Shown here piece by piece: positions 61,716 through 64,000 of a DNA stretch of 64,000 bases. Every line of letters begins with the position of its first letter. Position 1 is the first letter of the stretch. Both the position numbers and the translations under genes were made by a program. The stretch comes from an uncultured virus (IMG/VR IMGVR_UViG_3300017754_003767) (Duplodnaviria > Heunggongvirae > Uroviricota > Caudoviricetes): the IMG/VR virus record IMGVR_UViG_3300017754_003767; one strand, given 5' to 3'. The notes under the pieces are model-generated. The model ran no database searches, was not told the DNA's origin, and worked only from the letters and a program-made list of their open reading frames with translations.

Positions 61716-63539
61716 GTGGCCAATCGTCGCATTTCTGAGCTACCTGAATTAGCTGGAGCAGATGTAGCCGAACAGGATCTGCTGACGATGGTCCACGTTT
61801 TTGAGGTGGACCCCACCTTAAAAAACAAGAAGATTACCATATCTGGTTTTAGGGATTATTTAACAACCAAATACTTGGCCACCTCTGGTGGGACAGTTAC
61901 TGGTAATGTTTTAATTCAGGGAGATTTAACGGTAACCGGAGTTACTGTTGTTAACTCTATCACTGCCAGTGGCGCTGCCACATTCAGTGGGGTCCTGGTT
62001 CAAAATAATTTAACAGCTAGTGGAACAATTAGTGGCCAGACCATTACAGGTCAAGCGCTGCAATCTGTAACCATTAATGCAACAACAGGCACATTCACAA
62101 CAGTTACTGGTGCCACAGCAAATTTTGTTAGCGGTGACTTTAGTACTCGTGTATCGGGTGCAACAATTACTGGCAACATTTTACAAGCAACGTCTGGACA
62201 GTTTAATTATTTAAGTGGTAACACCGTTACCGGTAATACCGTTCAGGGCACCAGTGGTGTTTTTGGTACGCTGTCAACGCCGCTGCTAAACGTAAGCGGT
62301 AACCTATCCGTTGCCAGTGGCTTAACGGTTACCGGTTTAGCTCAATTTGGTAGCGGTGTACAAGTAACAGGAACGTTATCTGGAACAACCGTTACAGGTA
62401 CAGCGGCACAATTTACAAGCATCACAGGTGCAACTGGTGTATTCACATCAGTTGTATCAGGCGCGTCAATTACTGGTTCGGTTGTTAACGCAACTCAGAT
62501 CACGGGCATCTCTGGAACTTTTACGTCAAGGGTATCTGGCGCAACCGTTACCGGTAACGTAGGTGCATTTGGTTCAATCACTGGCATCTCGGGCGTATTC
62601 ACCCAGGTTTTGTCTGGTGCCGTAATCACAGGTAACACGGGACTTTTCTCCGTAGTTACTGGAGTTTCTGGAGTCTATACGAATTTATCAGGTGCAACAG
62701 TCACGGGAGACGTTGTACTTGCCGCCACTTTTACAGGTGTAACTGGTGTATTTACCAGTCGTGTGTCGGGTACCACGATTACCGGTAACACTGCCTTGTT
62801 CACAAGTGTCACTGGTGTATCTGGTGTATTTACTACACAGGTATCAGGCGCAACCGTTACAGGCACTAGTGGTTTATTCACAAACTTAACGGCAGGCACT
62901 GGAGTTTTTACTCTTGTTTCAGGTTTTACTGTTACTGGTAACGCAGGTGCGTTTACAACAGTTAGTGGTATTGACGGTGTTTTTACAGGAAACATCTCAG
63001 GTTCCAGTGTTACTGCTACAACAATCTCTGCAACAACCGGAACGTTTACCAGCGTAACGGGAACGACTGTTAACGCACCTACGGGTATCTTTACGTCTGT
63101 AGTTAGTGGCGCAACCATAACGGGAAATACGGGTTTATTCACGGTAGTAACAGGTGCTACTGGCGTTTTTTCCCAGGTTTCCGGCACCACAATCAATGCA
63201 AACAATTTCTTAGGCGGAACTTTTTCAGGTGAGCAATACAAGGTTTCGGGCGATTTAACAATTATTGATGCCTCTGGTGGTGTCAAACCGTACGGTCAGT
63301 TTACTTTTCCAGCGTCTCCTGGTACTAACAACTACATTCTCACCAGTAATGGTGATGGCACCACAATGTGGCGCTCTACATCATTCCCTAGTCAGGGCAT
63401 TATTCTTGAAAGCATTATCGAGATTATTGTCAACACTGCCATTACTAATGGAAACCATGGTTTATCTGTTGGCCCCGTATCGGTTGCATCCGGTGTGGTA
63501 GTCACTGTACCTTCTGGGTCTTATTGGAGAATCGTTTAA
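61716..63539 (+). CDS. Tail fibre-like protein with Thr/Gly/Ser repeats
   Basis: MANRRISELP start; many (T/S)GVFT..VSGAT(I/V)TG repeats. Confidence 0.75.
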   Translation: MANRRISELPELAGADVAEQDLLTMVHVFEVDPTLKNKKITISGFRDYLTTKYLATSGGTVTGNVLIQGDLTVTGVTVVNSITASGAATFSGVLVQNNLTASGTISGQTITGQALQSVTINATTGTFTTVTGATANFVSGDFSTRVSGATITGNILQATSGQFNYLSGNTVTGNTVQGTSGVFGTLSTPLLNVSGNLSVASGLTVTGLAQFGSGVQVTGTLSGTTVTGTAAQFTSITGATGVFTSVVSGASITGSVVNATQITGISGTFTSRVSGATVTGNVGAFGSITGISGVFTQVLSGAVITGNTGLFSVVTGVSGVYTNLSGATVTGDVVLAATFTGVTGVFTSRVSGTTITGNTALFTSVTGVSGVFTTQVSGATVTGTSGLFTNLTAGTGVFTLVSGFTVTGNAGAFTTVSGIDGVFTGNISGSSVTATTISATTGTFTSVTGTTVNAPTGIFTSVVSGATITGNTGLFTVVTGATGVFSQVSGTTINANNFLGGTFSGEQYKVSGDLTIIDASGGVKPYGQFTFPASPGTNNYILTSNGDGTTMWRSTSFPSQGIILESIIEIIVNTAITNGNHGLSVGPVSVASGVVVTVPSGSYWRIV

Positions 63540-63567
63540 ACTGTTATGATGGTAAATAAATAACACT

Positions 63568-63921
63568 ATGGCATACGGATCAGTAAAAAGTGATTACCTT
63601 GTTTACAGCACCATCACAGGTGATGTAACTCTTACCGTATCCGGCATTAACGATAGTTCTACTCTTGCCGGCATTGTTAATTCCACTACCAAAAATATTA
63701 CAACCACTGGCGTTATCTCTGGGTATACGTATAAAACCAGTGGCAACGTTACGGTCATTAGCGGCTCTGGTGACGTGCGTCCCTACGGCCAGTATTCTTT
63801 TCCGACAACGATTGGCACTTCGGGTAACGTGTTGATTACTAATGGAGATGGTACAACGTCTTGGGGGAGTATTGGTGGTGTTACATATGCAACTCTCGGT
63901 CAAATTGTTGCCTTGAATTAA
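63568..63921 (+). CDS. Short tail fibre-associated protein
   Basis: Shares V(R/K)PYGQ..FP...GT....L..NGDGTT.W with the upstream fibre. Confidence 0.6.
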   Translation: MAYGSVKSDYLVYSTITGDVTLTVSGINDSSTLAGIVNSTTKNITTTGVISGYTYKTSGNVTVISGSGDVRPYGQYSFPTTIGTSGNVLITNGDGTTSWGSIGGVTYATLGQIVALN

Positions 63922-64000
63922 ATGACTACCTTAAAGATTGACAATATAATTTTCAGCACTGCGTCAGGTGACGTATCTACGGCAATTTCTGGTGCCATTA
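63922..64000 (+). CDS. Tail fibre-associated protein, 3'-truncated
   Basis: MTTLKIDNIIFSTASGDVSTAISGAI, paralogous N-terminus to the previous gene. Confidence 0.55.
   Translation, partial: MTTLKIDNIIFSTASGDVSTAISGAI

Noticed and set aside
62675..63286. 203-aa antisense ORF
   Set aside because: Mirror of the Thr/Gly repeat fibre gene.

Overview
A 64 kb segment of a lytic dsDNA cyanophage. The host call rests on an NblA-like gene, Dps, tRNA-Leu(UAA) and small-ORF families typical of cyanophages; the gene content recalls the freshwater S-EIV1-like lineage, which is inference only. There are three blocks. (i) 1-3.0 kb, + strand: homing endonucleases, a DUF5872-like gene pair and a cluster of structured or tRNA-like RNAs. 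(ii) 3-27 kb, almost all - strand: early and replication genes (Dps, Gp157-like, SWIM, SSB, family A DNA polymerase, GP88-like, ThyX, PcfJ-like, many small ORFs), with two families of repeated, covarying RNA pseudoknot elements in their 5' leaders. (iii) 27.9-64 kb, mostly + strand: virion genes (Gly/Ala-rich internal proteins, TerL, portal, scaffold, major capsid, muralytic enzymes, tail fibre), with a - strand insert carrying dcd, a degenerate methyltransferase and HTH genes. The top finding is a 24-nt in-frame insertion at 441-464 that splits the conserved WS|ARKAQ motif. It contains all three stop codons and a UAGCC-GUGA-GGCUA hairpin with the same stem as the T4 gene 60 take-off hairpin, and it lies directly behind an EndoVII homing endonuclease. 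It is a candidate new programmed ribosomal bypass plus homing endonuclease cassette. Other highlights are five 'mini-tRNA + pseudoknot' leader RNAs, six H-type pseudoknot leaders, a circularly permuted M23 peptidase, a C-terminal motif shared by virion hydrolases, and large dual-coding overlaps. All calls were made by eye; no searches were run.
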